From an uncultured virus (IMG/VR IMGVR_UViG_3300020413_000007) (Duplodnaviria > Heunggongvirae > Uroviricota > Caudoviricetes), in IMG/VR virus record IMGVR_UViG_3300020413_000007: DNA of 64,000 nucleotides; one strand, written 5' to 3'. Every line of letters starts with the position of its first letter. Position 1 is the stretch's first letter. Positions 36,301 through 47,000 of this stretch are shown piece after piece. The notes under the pieces are model-generated. The model was not told the origin of the DNA. It worked only from the letters and a program-made list of their open reading frames with translations, and did no database searches. The position numbers were made by a program, and so were the translations under genes.

Positions 36301-37330
36301 AAAGAACGGATCTGGTGCGACATTTGATGTATTAAAGGGTACATCTTCTACTGGTGATGCGTTATACATTGTAAATGTTGCAACTGCTGGTACTCTTTAC
36401 AATACAGTTTCGCAACCATCTGGAATGTCAATTAGTGTAGATGATGCTCGTAGAGGTAGAATGAGTGTATCGGGTGGAAACTTAAATGACTTCCCTACTA
36501 ACTTTACGCTTACCTTTTCTAGTAATGCACCTTCTCCCCTTCAGAATGGTGTTGCATACGGTGCTGTCAAAGCAAGTAGTACTCAATTCTTTTTATATTA
36601 TCCAACAATTGTAAATGGTATTCAAGTTCCAGTCACTTCTACTGGTAGATATCAGTTTATGACCGCAAGAGTGCGTTTTAGTAGTAGTGCAACTAATATT
36701 ACTACTTTTTCTATTGGTTTGAATCAAATTTCGCAAACTGTTAACTATTATACTGGTACTGGTCTTACAAATTACGTTGATAATATTAGTTTGAGTGGTG
36801 CTGCTGAAATATATCCGAATAAATCATGGAAAGGTGCGGATTATGAGTATAGAAGCACTTATTTTAAAGAATATGAGTTTGATATGATTCCATTGTCGGA
36901 AAATGTATCAAAAGCAAGTTTTAATAAAGGAAATCCACTCCAGTTAGAATCGATTACCTCAAAATTAACTCAAGAGTTGAAACCAACCGATATTTCAATC
37001 AAAGTTGAGGATACAAGTCAGTTTTTAAGTTCTGGATATCTATTAATACCTAAATGGGTAAGAAAAACAGAAATTTACCTAGATTTAGGTACTGGAAGTA
37101 ATCAAACTAGAAATGAACGTAATAATTATTTCTATGATGGAGAAGAGATTATATTTTACAGTTCCAAGACCAGCACTGAGTTTCAAGGTATTAAGAGGTC
37201 TAGATTTAACTCTGATGCATTATTCACAACTACTATGGAGCCTTATGCGAAAAGTGGTGGTATTGTAAATAGTTATCAAAAGGGATATTCAGTTCAACAA
37301 TATTGGCCATACCAAATAGGAGCGGATTAA
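33341..37330 (+). CDS. Large virion structural protein
   Basis: T/S/G-rich; internal repeats (F.V....Y...G..LGG...D..ITVT.V); located before the PAAR-like and gp25 genes. Confidence 0.7.
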   Translation: MSTANSGLNCSNTKEEVTASVLIKCPSTNNNATYSQRLGTSYNYTESVYNEVQGITLSNGTLREQWDTSGDPRFQQYNVDTGAAIFENYCRMDKGIDEGYFYHLWNFPASHQSVKDILVKYVPICLDSDGDPTTNCSGSAYSAATGGSCTRKAKITNNFTLDRVDIDISGLPTDEEPYVYKAGTRDAAIIFTYKTDTRTVIKAGDVINGHTVTSVANFCDTRTEQKRIHRIIGDSAFILNNVTNIQVGDVIRGFMGDETQFPTGLTIKTINTSTNRIDLNLPSGFLGFNRTKRRKLRNITVTAAEPNKIPSTNYCFASLATNVTLGNKQLAFRIEGPGIHDNDWKYNTNLNGNWTNQKVFNEGGNAIFNSTDTRTYTITKGGATITVVAEVINDGGEYDSNWYISSWTGELPDIGTTFQSTQNGGRGNVVIKFKVEGTPDTITTDGGDFTKDAEYTGSLSSAVINVRAGWGIIDRAAMVGIIVSKRKDVLYEPIFTKDDNIIGEDLNLLKQNFPGLNDLTDITNAEFLPVVVDSPCDPYLTPNTEIPTNVGTADNNTSLVSSNNSTVSDKISAKIDELAGTSSVTDISDAIQNITIAETSVNTVNNNLSEDVKTNIANIRGKEAGDNNEVGLTTKQDTSVNTLITNILDKFKEIPDDMNTLVPDHVPSFANQVDGENIGEVELRKSAFRDLPVKQDGMYFLVEDLSFVDSSYENIGKNANRDTITASVLPRWLYGSPTVGTEVAGETEIVISGTSLGGVSPTNDLKILVVGVNDSTGAITQYELATDSVPKLAYTSTSPSSQPTQANRTTFNVTSSGGSYTATINTSATNAANRVGQQFIIRGGLLGGSDGTNTNDQNDCFITVTGVTGTTITTFDVTGTSTGSATFTGVSATIVNGTFDVGVSWLSTSSTTDDVYTVQVTQEKAGRGFLVGDVLRINGSTLGGTNTTHDLDITVTAVDYVGGISELTFTGTPETLYTGVSGTNTDGKNGSGATFDVLKGTSSTGDALYIVNVATAGTLYNTVSQPSGMSISVDDARRGRMSVSGGNLNDFPTNFTLTFSSNAPSPLQNGVAYGAVKASSTQFFLYYPTIVNGIQVPVTSTGRYQFMTARVRFSSSATNITTFSIGLNQISQTVNYYTGTGLTNYVDNISLSGAAEIYPNKSWKGADYEYRSTYFKEYEFDMIPLSENVSKASFNKGNPLQLESITSKLTQELKPTDISIKVEDTSQFLSSGYLLIPKWVRKTEIYLDLGTGSNQTRNERNNYFYDGEEIIFYSSKTSTEFQGIKRSRFNSDALFTTTMEPYAKSGGIVNSYQKGYSVQQYWPYQIGAD

Positions 37331-37657
37331 ATGAGACCAGTACAAGTCATAGGTGGAGCAGATAGTAGTTCTGTACTAGGATGTTGTAAATGCTTCCCAT
37401 TTGTTGTAGTACCAGTAGTACAAAAACAGTTTCACACAGGACTTCCAGTAGGTAGTACAGGACAACCTCTAGTGCCTGCGCCTGGCATAAACTGTTGCGG
37501 TTTTGGATGTAGACCTTGTGTTTGTCCTAGAGTTATGGTTGGAGTAGGTAAAACTTTTATAACAGGTAGAAATTTCTCTCACTTGGGAGATCCTAACCCA
37601 CCTTCCACTCCACGTTTAAACGTTGCAACACCAGCTCCTAAATTTCTTTACGCATGA
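37331..37657 (+). CDS. Cys-rich PAAR-like spike-tip protein
   Basis: About 108 aa, Cys clusters, ..FI.GR...HLGD; sits upstream of gp25 like T4 5.4. Confidence 0.5.
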   Translation: MRPVQVIGGADSSSVLGCCKCFPFVVVPVVQKQFHTGLPVGSTGQPLVPAPGINCCGFGCRPCVCPRVMVGVGKTFITGRNFSHLGDPNPPSTPRLNVATPAPKFLYA

Positions 37658-37658
37658 G

Positions 37659-37687
37659 TTTACAACTAACAATTTATGTGTTATAAT
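37659..37687 (+). promoter_or_regulatory. Sigma70-type promoter
   Basis: TTTACA-17-TATAAT with extended TG. Confidence 0.7.
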
Positions 37688-37710
37688 AAATCGAATTTTA
37701 AATTTTACTC

Positions 37711-37851
37711 ATGGCAGTTCGTTTTAATCCTGGCATACCAACAATAGAAGCAAAACCAAAAAAATCTAGACAAGGTAACGGAAAACATTCTAAATATTCC
37801 GCTACTAGCAAAAACAGCAAACGTAAACCTTACCGAGGACAAGGAAAATAG
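37711..37851 (+). CDS. Small basic conserved cyanophage protein (46 aa)
   Basis: KPKKSRQG.GKHSKYSATS.N..RK.YRGQGK. Confidence 0.75.
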   Translation: MAVRFNPGIPTIEAKPKKSRQGNGKHSKYSATSKNSKRKPYRGQGK

Positions 37852-37854
37852 TCT

Positions 37855-38031
37855 ATGCGAATCCAAATTTGGTACTCTGAACATATGAAAGAGTGGAGAT
37901 GGTCTTTATACACAAGAAAATATGCAAAAAATGGGGATGCAACACAGTTAACAGGATCAGCACCAAAAATAAGGGATGCAATGGAAGATGTTTCCAATCG
38001 AGTTGAGTATTTAACTAAACAATACATTTGA
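37855..38031 (+). CDS. Small hypothetical protein (58 aa)
   Basis: MRIQIWYSEHMKEWRWSL...DAMEDV...VEY. Confidence 0.7.
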   Translation: MRIQIWYSEHMKEWRWSLYTRKYAKNGDATQLTGSAPKIRDAMEDVSNRVEYLTKQYI

Positions 38032-38038
38032 AAAAATT

Positions 38039-38272
38039 ATGACAACGAAACGTGAAAAAGTAAGGGCTCAAGTAAAGTCCAGATGGTATTATATTTTTTG
38101 GGGTGCTGCAACTGTATCCGTCTTTGCTGGACAATGGTACGTTGGAAGTGGCTTTCGTAGAATGGCAGAAACTGGTGATGCAATATCTGATGATATTAAT
38201 TTACTTGTGGAAGTTCTTACTGAACCTAGACCTCGTACAGCGCCAGCTAACATAGATGATAATTTTATATAA
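38039..38272 (+). CDS. Small membrane protein
   Basis: KSRWYYIFWG.AT.SV..GQ.YVGSG.R.MA. Confidence 0.7.
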   Translation: MTTKREKVRAQVKSRWYYIFWGAATVSVFAGQWYVGSGFRRMAETGDAISDDINLLVEVLTEPRPRTAPANIDDNFI

Positions 38273-38274
38273 TC

Positions 38275-38562
38275 ATGTATCAAGCATTACCAAACAGACT
38301 ACACATTAAAGACAGTGACGTAGCTGGTCAAGGTATTTTTGCTCGTGAAGATGTACCAGAAGGTTTAATTCTAGGTATGTCACATATTATTGTGGATGAA
38401 GTAATTTATAGAACACCATTAGGAGGTTTTATTAATCATAGCGATAATCCTAATTGTGTTAAATGGAAAGAAGATAATAAATATTTCGTTAAAACTATTC
38501 GTCAAATTCATGAAGGCGAAGAGTTATTTTTAAAATATACTTTCTATAGTGTAAAAAGTTAG
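38275..38562 (+). CDS. Minimal SET-domain protein
   Basis: G.GIFA, FINHS.NPNC, I..GEEL...Y SET signature motifs. Confidence 0.85.
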   Translation: MYQALPNRLHIKDSDVAGQGIFAREDVPEGLILGMSHIIVDEVIYRTPLGGFINHSDNPNCVKWKEDNKYFVKTIRQIHEGEELFLKYTFYSVKS

Positions 38563-38604
38563 CAAAACTCGCATATATAGCTTAACGAATTATGTTTTTT
38601 AACC

Positions 38605-39054
38605 TTGTCGTTTAGCGTAACAAGATCTACTGCACCAACTAAAATAGTTGATAATTACTTGGGGAAGACCTCTAGGTCATTTAAAGATATTAGCTTTAAT
38701 TTGACTAAGAATCCTATCACCAAGGATATTGTCGTACTTAAAAATGAGGAAGCGATTAAGCAGTCGGTTAAAAATTTAGTGTTAACGCAAATCGGTGAAA
38801 GACATTTTAGTCCACTTCTAGGAACCAACACAACATCCTATTTGTTTGAATTATCTACAGGATTATCTGAGAATGCTCTAATTGAAGAAATAGAAGATGT
38901 ATTGCAAACTTTTGAACCAAGAATTGCTCTATCATCTGTAACTGTGAACGCAAATGAAGATTTAAACAGATTTGAATGTTTTATTGAATATTTTATTGTT
39001 GGTATTCCAGAAGCATTACAAACCATCGATTTCATTTTAGTTCGAGAAAGTTAA
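38605..39054 (+). CDS. gp25: Baseplate wedge subunit
   Basis: FKDI....NP.T.D....NE.AIKQSV.NL..T..GER.F.P..G, FEPRI. Confidence 0.9.
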   Translation: MSFSVTRSTAPTKIVDNYLGKTSRSFKDISFNLTKNPITKDIVVLKNEEAIKQSVKNLVLTQIGERHFSPLLGTNTTSYLFELSTGLSENALIEEIEDVLQTFEPRIALSSVTVNANEDLNRFECFIEYFIVGIPEALQTIDFILVRES

Positions 39055-41031
39055 ATGGAGTTACCATCAGTAGCATCCTTAGAGTTTGAACAACTTAAGG
39101 CGTCTATAAAAAATTATATAAAAACTAAGTCAGACTTTACTGATTTTGACTTTGAAGGGTCAAACCTTTCAATGTTGGTAGATATTCTTGCTTATAATAC
39201 TTTATATACCAGTTATAACATTAATATGGCATCTAACGAGTTAAATCTCGATACTGCCGTTTTAAGAGATAATATCGTTTCACATGCTAAGAAATTAGGA
39301 TATAATCCTATATCTTATCAATCTTCAAAGGTTGTAGTTGATCTTACTTGTTCTAATGTAGGATCATTTAAAAGATTAGGTCTTAAATCTGGTGCAACCT
39401 TACAAACCAGTTTGAATGGAAAGAACTATACTTATGTGTCGAAAGATCCAATTAACCTTACAGTTGTTCCAGGCGCATCTCAGGCGGTCTTTAGAGATGT
39501 CGAATTAGTCGAAGGTACAGTATTCGATGTTAACTATATTGTCAACACCTCAAACGAACATCAAAGGTTTTTCATACCTAATAATTTTATTGATTCTAGT
39601 ACCGTAAAAGTATTTGTTAAGGATGATGCTAGTGCAACTACATCAATAGAATACACAAGAAAAAATACAATTGTAGGTGTAAAACCATCAGATACAGTAT
39701 TTTTTGTAGAAGAAGTTCAAGATCAAAAATATGAAGTAATATTTGGTGATGATGTAATTGGCAGAAAATTACAAAACGGTGAAGTAGTAACAATTAGATA
39801 TATTGTAACAGCTGGTTCTGAACTTAATAATGTTAAAGAAAGTTCTTTACAGTTTATTGGAACTATTGAATATGTTGATGCATCTGATAATACTGGAAAA
39901 CTTGCTCTAAGTAATGTTTCATTTACTCTAAATGATCAAAATTCAAGTGGTGGTTCATCATTTGAAAGTATTTCCTCTATAAAGTATAGGGCTCCAAGAT
40001 ACTATGCTGCACAAGAAAGGGCAGTTACAGTCAGTGATTATGAATCTTTAATAATGCAACTTTATGGTAATACTGACTTAGTTAAAGTTGTTGGTGGTGA
40101 AACACTGTTTCCACCTCAGTATGGTAAAGTCTTTATTACAATTAAACCTAAAGTAGGTGATGTAGTTAGTAGCACTGAAAAAGGAAATATAGTCAAGGAT
40201 CTTAAAGATTATATTGTTGGATCTATTACACCAGTAATTGTAGATCCTAAGAAAATTAAAATTACTGTCAAACCAGTTATTGTTTATAATCAAGATAAGA
40301 CAAGAAGAAGTGCTGCTGCATTAGCTAAATTAATTCGTGATTTACTTATAGATTATGAAAATTCTGATGCATTTAAGAATTTTACTGGAAGATTTTCTAA
40401 ATCTGAGTTGCTTGCTGCAATTCAAAATTTAGATTCATCTATTTTATATTCAAATGTAAAAACTAAAGTTTGTGCAGAGATTAATCTTCAATCATCTACA
40501 ACTGCGATTGATTATAATGGTTCATTCTTTACTAAAATGAAGAGTAAACTTGATGGAAAATATGCCGTAGTTTCTGGTTACTTCTGTTATCCAGGCTATG
40601 CAGATCCAGTATTTATTGGAGTTCCTTCATATCAGGAAGGTTGTGTTTTAGATAATAACATTTATGTATTTGATAAAAATGGAAATAAAATTACTACAAT
40701 AGGTATAATTGATTTTGAAACTGGTAATTTTTCATTCTCTATTCCAGCATGTAGTGATAATCCTATAGATTTATGTGGATTACAAGATGGAACAGATTTA
40801 GAAACAGATTCGGAGACTTATCCTGATATTATTATTGATGAGCCTGCTATTATTGATGATGATGACGATGATTCTGAACTTAATGATGATACTACAATCG
40901 GCGAACCAGTTATCGGAGATGTCACTGGCGATCCTGATATAACTACTGTAACAACTGTAGTTGACGATCCTAATAATGTTATCACAATTGATGACTTTAC
41001 TCCAGAAACAGATCCAAGTAAGTGTAACTAA
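39055..41031 (+). CDS. gp6: Baseplate wedge subunit
   Basis: DFDFEGSNLS.L.D.LAYNT, FGD...G, Q.RAVT..DY, PPQYGKVFI.IKP. Confidence 0.95.
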   Translation: MELPSVASLEFEQLKASIKNYIKTKSDFTDFDFEGSNLSMLVDILAYNTLYTSYNINMASNELNLDTAVLRDNIVSHAKKLGYNPISYQSSKVVVDLTCSNVGSFKRLGLKSGATLQTSLNGKNYTYVSKDPINLTVVPGASQAVFRDVELVEGTVFDVNYIVNTSNEHQRFFIPNNFIDSSTVKVFVKDDASATTSIEYTRKNTIVGVKPSDTVFFVEEVQDQKYEVIFGDDVIGRKLQNGEVVTIRYIVTAGSELNNVKESSLQFIGTIEYVDASDNTGKLALSNVSFTLNDQNSSGGSSFESISSIKYRAPRYYAAQERAVTVSDYESLIMQLYGNTDLVKVVGGETLFPPQYGKVFITIKPKVGDVVSSTEKGNIVKDLKDYIVGSITPVIVDPKKIKITVKPVIVYNQDKTRRSAAALAKLIRDLLIDYENSDAFKNFTGRFSKSELLAAIQNLDSSILYSNVKTKVCAEINLQSSTTAIDYNGSFFTKMKSKLDGKYAVVSGYFCYPGYADPVFIGVPSYQEGCVLDNNIYVFDKNGNKITTIGIIDFETGNFSFSIPACSDNPIDLCGLQDGTDLETDSETYPDIIIDEPAIIDDDDDDSELNDDTTIGEPVIGDVTGDPDITTVTTVVDDPNNVITIDDFTPETDPSKCN

Positions 41032-44000
41032 TGAAATTCTTAAGCGATAACTCGGTAGACCTTTCACATTTAATTGACAATCAATTTCCTCAATTTGTAA
41101 GGGAAGATAATTCTACGTTCATTAAGTTTATAAAAGCTTACTATGAATCACAAGAATTAAAAAATTCTCCTTTTGATATTGCACAAAATTTAATAGAATA
41201 TTATAATATTGGTTTTTATAAGAAATCAGAGTTAGTAGAAAATACAAATTTAAATGGTAATATTGCTAATAGTGCTACTACAATTAATGTAGATAGTACT
41301 GTTGGTTTTCCAGATAAAGGATATATTCAAATTGATGATGAAATAGTCTATTATGGATCTAAGACTACAACATCATTTACAAGTTGTGTAAGAGGTACAT
41401 CGGCACTTATATTAACTAATATACCACTTTCTCAAGTTAGTCTTAAAACATCATTAGCTGAAACTCATCTTGATAATGCAGTAGTAACTAATGTTGCATA
41501 TGAATTTACATCAGAATTTTTTAGAAGAATTAGATCAGAGATTGCTGTAACAATACCAGAAAATCTTGTATCAGAATTAGATTTATCATCATTCTTCTCT
41601 AGAATTAGAAGTTTTTATGGTGCAAAAGGAAGTTTAAATTCTCATGCAATTCTTTTCAGAATATTATTTAACGATAAAAAAATAAAATTTACAACTAAAA
41701 CAAGAGGTAGTGGAGCAACTTTAAAAATACCTAACTTTGATGGTGCTATAACTGGTCTTGAGATAACTTCTGGTGGGTCTGGATACGATTCTAGAACAGA
41801 TGGTAGTAGTTTGATCAATCCTCCTATAATAGAGGTATTTGGAAGTGGTACAGGTATCAATGTTGCAAATCCAACTGCTTTGCTTACAGTTAATAGTATT
41901 ACTAGTGGAGTTATTGATGGAGTAACTATTACCGATGCAGGGGAAAATTATGTTGGGCCAATTACTGCGTTTGTAAGAGAAAGAGATTTTGCTGAAGAAG
42001 AATTAGTTACCTCGATTGCTGGTACTGGTAGTGGTGTTGTTGAAAGTTGGGATTATAATACTGGAGAACTTACATTAACTAATATTATTGGATTTTTTGT
42101 TAATGCTGATGAATTGCAGTCTGGTAGTGGTGAAGGAGCAAGAGTTTTTGTAAAAACTTTTGAAATTATTTCTCAAGATCCAGAAATAGAGTTTCCAAAA
42201 GATTATCTCTTTAGACCTTCAAATTCAAACTATGGTGGTAAAAAATTAGCTAGACTAGAAATTGTTAAAAAGTTATCTAATATATCTGATCCATCATTAG
42301 ATGTTATTTCCAATAATAAAACTCTTGCTCCATCATACATTACATTTTTACAAGATCAAGATACTATATTTGGTGTATCTAATGTAAATATTGAAAGTAG
42401 TCAAGTTATAAAAATTGATGATGTTGGAAAACCAACTTATGAGGCAGATATTGAAATTAATGACGATTTTAATAAGATATATCTTCCAGCATCTACACAA
42501 TTAGTTAAAGCATTTGATCCTTCAAGTGATACAATAATTACTGTTGATGATGCATCAGGATTTCCTACTACAAAAGGTCAAGTTTATATTGATGATGTAA
42601 TTATTGATTATGACGAAAGAAGTGTAAATCAATTCTTAGGTTGTACTGTTGTATCTGGATCTGGTATTAAAGCAGTTTCTACTGAAGTAGTTGCTTATGG
42701 AAGATATAGAACTAGAAAACAATATACTAGAGGTGAGTTTGTAGGATTAGATCAAGAAAGATATTATGGAGAAAATTTATATAGATCTAAAAATGAAGGA
42801 ATTTCATCTAGCACTGCTGATCCAACTCATAGTTTAGGAAGTATTAAAGTTGGTGATATTGAATGGGAATACATTGGAAGTTCTAAAGTAACCTATTTTG
42901 TTGATGTTTTTGTAGGATTCCCAGAAATTAGTTGTACTGGTAATGAAGGTGAATTAACAATAAGAGTTGATAAGGTAAGGGATATAGCTGTTGGTCAGTC
43001 AGTTGTTGGTTCTGGTATAGGAATTGGTGCAAAAATTCGTTCTATATCAGGAAAAGAGTTAACATTATCAATACCTAATACATCTAAGGTTACTGGTGGA
43101 TGTATATTCTCTGTTGCACAAGCAAGATTAATGGGATTAGTTGATAATATCACAATTGAAAAATCTGGTGCTTTGTTCAGTCCACAAAAATACTTTTTGG
43201 ATGATAAAACTTATGAAGATTTTTCTGGAACAGAATACAGTGCATGGAATGTCAACAGTGATCATACATTAGATACAGATAACGATTTTGTAGGTATTTC
43301 ACAACTTTATAATTACAAATCACCAAAAGATGAACATGTTTACGTTTCATCTTCTGCAATACCAGGCTATATCTTTAGTGGATCTGTCAATGCTAAAAAT
43401 AGAGTTCTTTCAAATATTTTTGATGGATATACCAATGCATTTACTTTAATTGGTCTTACAAATCCTATAGAAAAAGATTTATTTATTTTTAGAAATGCAT
43501 TATTACAAGATCCATCAACAGATTTTGATGTTGTAAATGATATTCTTACTTTTGTAGAAACTCCGAGTCAAAATGAACCTGTATATGTAAGATATTTTAA
43601 TGATACTAATAAAGTTACAAAATTAACATACACACAAACTACTCAAGGTGCTTCAAGTTCTACAATCACATTAAGTGGTTTAGGATCTTTTAATACGAGT
43701 AATGATTATCTTTTTGTGACTGTAAATGGTGTATTACAAGTTGGAAATGCTATTAGTTACAATAACACTAGTAAAGTAGCAACTTTTACAGATAATGTAA
43801 ATACACTGACTACTACATTGACAGCTACTGGTGCTACATACGCTCCTTCTAATGGTAATTTAACTCTTACTATTCTTAATAGTAATTTGACTGTAGGAGA
43901 TAAAATCAAGATTGCTGACGGTGGAATAACGTTTACATGTGCTAAAGATGGTGATACAACTACTCATCCTTATCCAAGGTCTACTGACCCTGCTAGTGAT

Positions 44001-47000
44001 GAGTGGTTAGAAATTACAAGTATTAGTGGTAATGATCATGTAGTTAATGTAGGTATTTCTAGTGATACATCAACTCATACATTTGTTTCTGCTGTAACTA
44101 ATTCTATTACAAGAAGACCAGATAAAGTTGTAGCATATTGGATAAAAAATGCAAAAGTTTTAGATGCTATTACATCTTCCTCTTCTTCAACTTATACTTT
44201 ACAACAATCAAGTTCTAATTACACTGCTGCAACTACTGATACTGTATTTGTTGCTATAAATGGTGTAATACAAAAACCAACAACTTCTTATACAATATCT
44301 GGATCTACTTTAACATTCAGTGAGGTAAATTCTGGTACTGCAATTACTGTTATTGATTTAGAAGATGGTAGTGGTGGAGCAGATATTATAAATGTAAATT
44401 TAGGTAGTTTAGCTGGTATTAATCAAGATAAAGATAATTATAAATTACAAAAATTAGTTAAAAGAATACCTTTCCCTGCAAGTCTTATTAACAATAATGT
44501 TTTAAGAACATCTAAAGCACTTTCACCAACATCATCTTTAAAAGGTATAGGAATTACTGTAGATGGAATACAATTTAACAGTATTCAAGGTAATAAAGTA
44601 CAATATGGTGCTGTCAAATCTATTACTATAGGATCTGGTGGTAATTATGAGGTTCCATTAGATAAAACTACAACAGGTAGTGGTAAATTTTTAAAATCTT
44701 CATATCCAAAAGTTATCTTAACTAAAAATGGTGGAGAGACATCAGATGTTACTATAAGTGAGTCAATATTTGATATGTCAGCTGGAATTAAATCAATCGA
44801 TATTAATAAATTTTTAGATATTACTCCTTTAACTGGATTTACAATAAAACCAAATGTTGAGGTAGTTAGTAGTACAACAGTCGCAACAGGGTTTAGAAAA
44901 GCTGTAGTAGATGTTAGTTATAAAAACGGAACTATAGATGGATTTATCGTAGTTGATTCTGGATCTGGATATACTGAAGCACCAACAATTAAAATAACTG
45001 GTGGTGGTAAACTTGAATCAGAAAATTTTTCAATTCCTTTCTTTAATACATCTACAAATGATCTAATTGTAACTATGGAAGGTTCAATTATATCTTCTAA
45101 GAGTGCTTCATCTACAATTACGTTAACAACTCCTGTAGGTAGTAAATTTAATGTTAATCCTGTAACAACTGTTGATAGTGGTTCTAATGGACTTGTAAAA
45201 GTTTTTGTTGCTAACGGTCAAATTGTAGCAACTCAGGTTCTTGATAAAGGTCAAAATTATTTTACTGAACCAACTATAAAAATTGTTGGAGTCGGTACAA
45301 ATGGTGTTCTTAGAGCAAGATTAGATGGTAGTGGTGGAATTAATGGAGTGGATATAATAAATGCTGGTAGTGGATATACAGTTCCACCTGTAATTACTGT
45401 TATAAATGATGATACTTTAGCAGTTGCAAATTCAACATTAAATCAATGGACATTTAATATACCAAATAGATTTAATACAAAAATAGATGAATTTGGTGGT
45501 TATGTATTTGATTCTAATAGTGGTGTTATACTAAAAGTTGCTTCGTTTACAACTAGTACATTAGTGTTGTCAGAAGCACCTACAGGTGTAGTTGTTGGAA
45601 TGGAAGTTACTCATCCACAAATACCAATTGGAACTTTTGTAACTAAAATAGATACTTCTGGTAAAATAATATATCTTTCTAGATCTGGATTAGATCAAGT
45701 TACAAATATATCATTAAATGGTTCACTTGTAAGTTTCTACCAAGGTGATGATAGATTTAGAGGAACACTTAAAGCACAAGAAGTTATATCAACAAATTTT
45801 GCCGAATCTAGATTAAATTTTCAGTATTTACAATTAAAAAATACTACTAAATTTGAAACATACTATAATATTAGTAGTTCAGCACATTCTAAATTAGTAG
45901 GATTCTCTTATGATGGACATCCAATATATTGTAAGTATGGTTATTCAACTCCATTAGACAATACTTCTGCAATTGAAGAACAAACTTCATCATGGAGATT
46001 AAAAGGAAATAGATTCAATGGACCATTAGTTGCGGACTATCCATTAGGTTCATTTATAGAAGATTATGAATATGATAAAACATATGGAACATTAGATGAA
46101 TTTAATGGTAGATTCTGTGTAACTCCAGAATATCCAGATGGTGCATATTGCTACTTTATGGTAGATGTTTTCCCATTTCTTATTGGGCCCAAATATTTCT
46201 CAGATCCAGATTGTTATAATACTGGAAATAACAGATCTAATGATCAAATTCCTAAACATTTTATACGAGTAAACGACACTGCAAATCAATATTTCCCACA
46301 GGAAGAAAAGAATATAAACAAATCTATTTTGTTTACTGATTATTCTTCTGTAGGTACTGTTGATAATATGTTTATAGAATCAGCTGGTGATAATTATAAA
46401 GTTGGTGATAATATTGTTTTTGATGATGATGAAACTGGTGGATCTGGAGCAATTGCTTATGTTAGTTCTGTCGATTCGCCACCTATTTCGGATATTCAAA
46501 TTGGATCAGATGGTGTAATTGAATTTACATTTACTGGTACTCATCAGATATCTGAAAATGATGTTATAGATGTAACTTATACAAAACAAACAACAAATAC
46601 TGTAATTAATTTAGATACAATTTCTTCAGTTCCAACTCAATTAAGTGGTAAAAATTTATATAATGTAATTTTAGAATCTCATAAAATATACAGACTTGAA
46701 TTTGGTACAACTAGACCATATAATTTATCTTTTGATATTTTAAATTTTAATCCATATTTTCAAAGAGATATTGACTTAAAACCAACTTATGTTGATATAG
46801 ATCCTACAAAAATTCCAAGTGTTATTTTCATACATACAAGTCAATCAATATTTGAACTTAGAGTAGAATCAGCACCTATTATTGGTAGACATCTTGTTAC
46901 TGAAGTATTATCTCCAAATACATTTACTGTTAAAGACATTTCGGTCAAAACAGCTGATACTTCAGTAATTGATATTGCAATAAAATCTAATGGTGCATCA

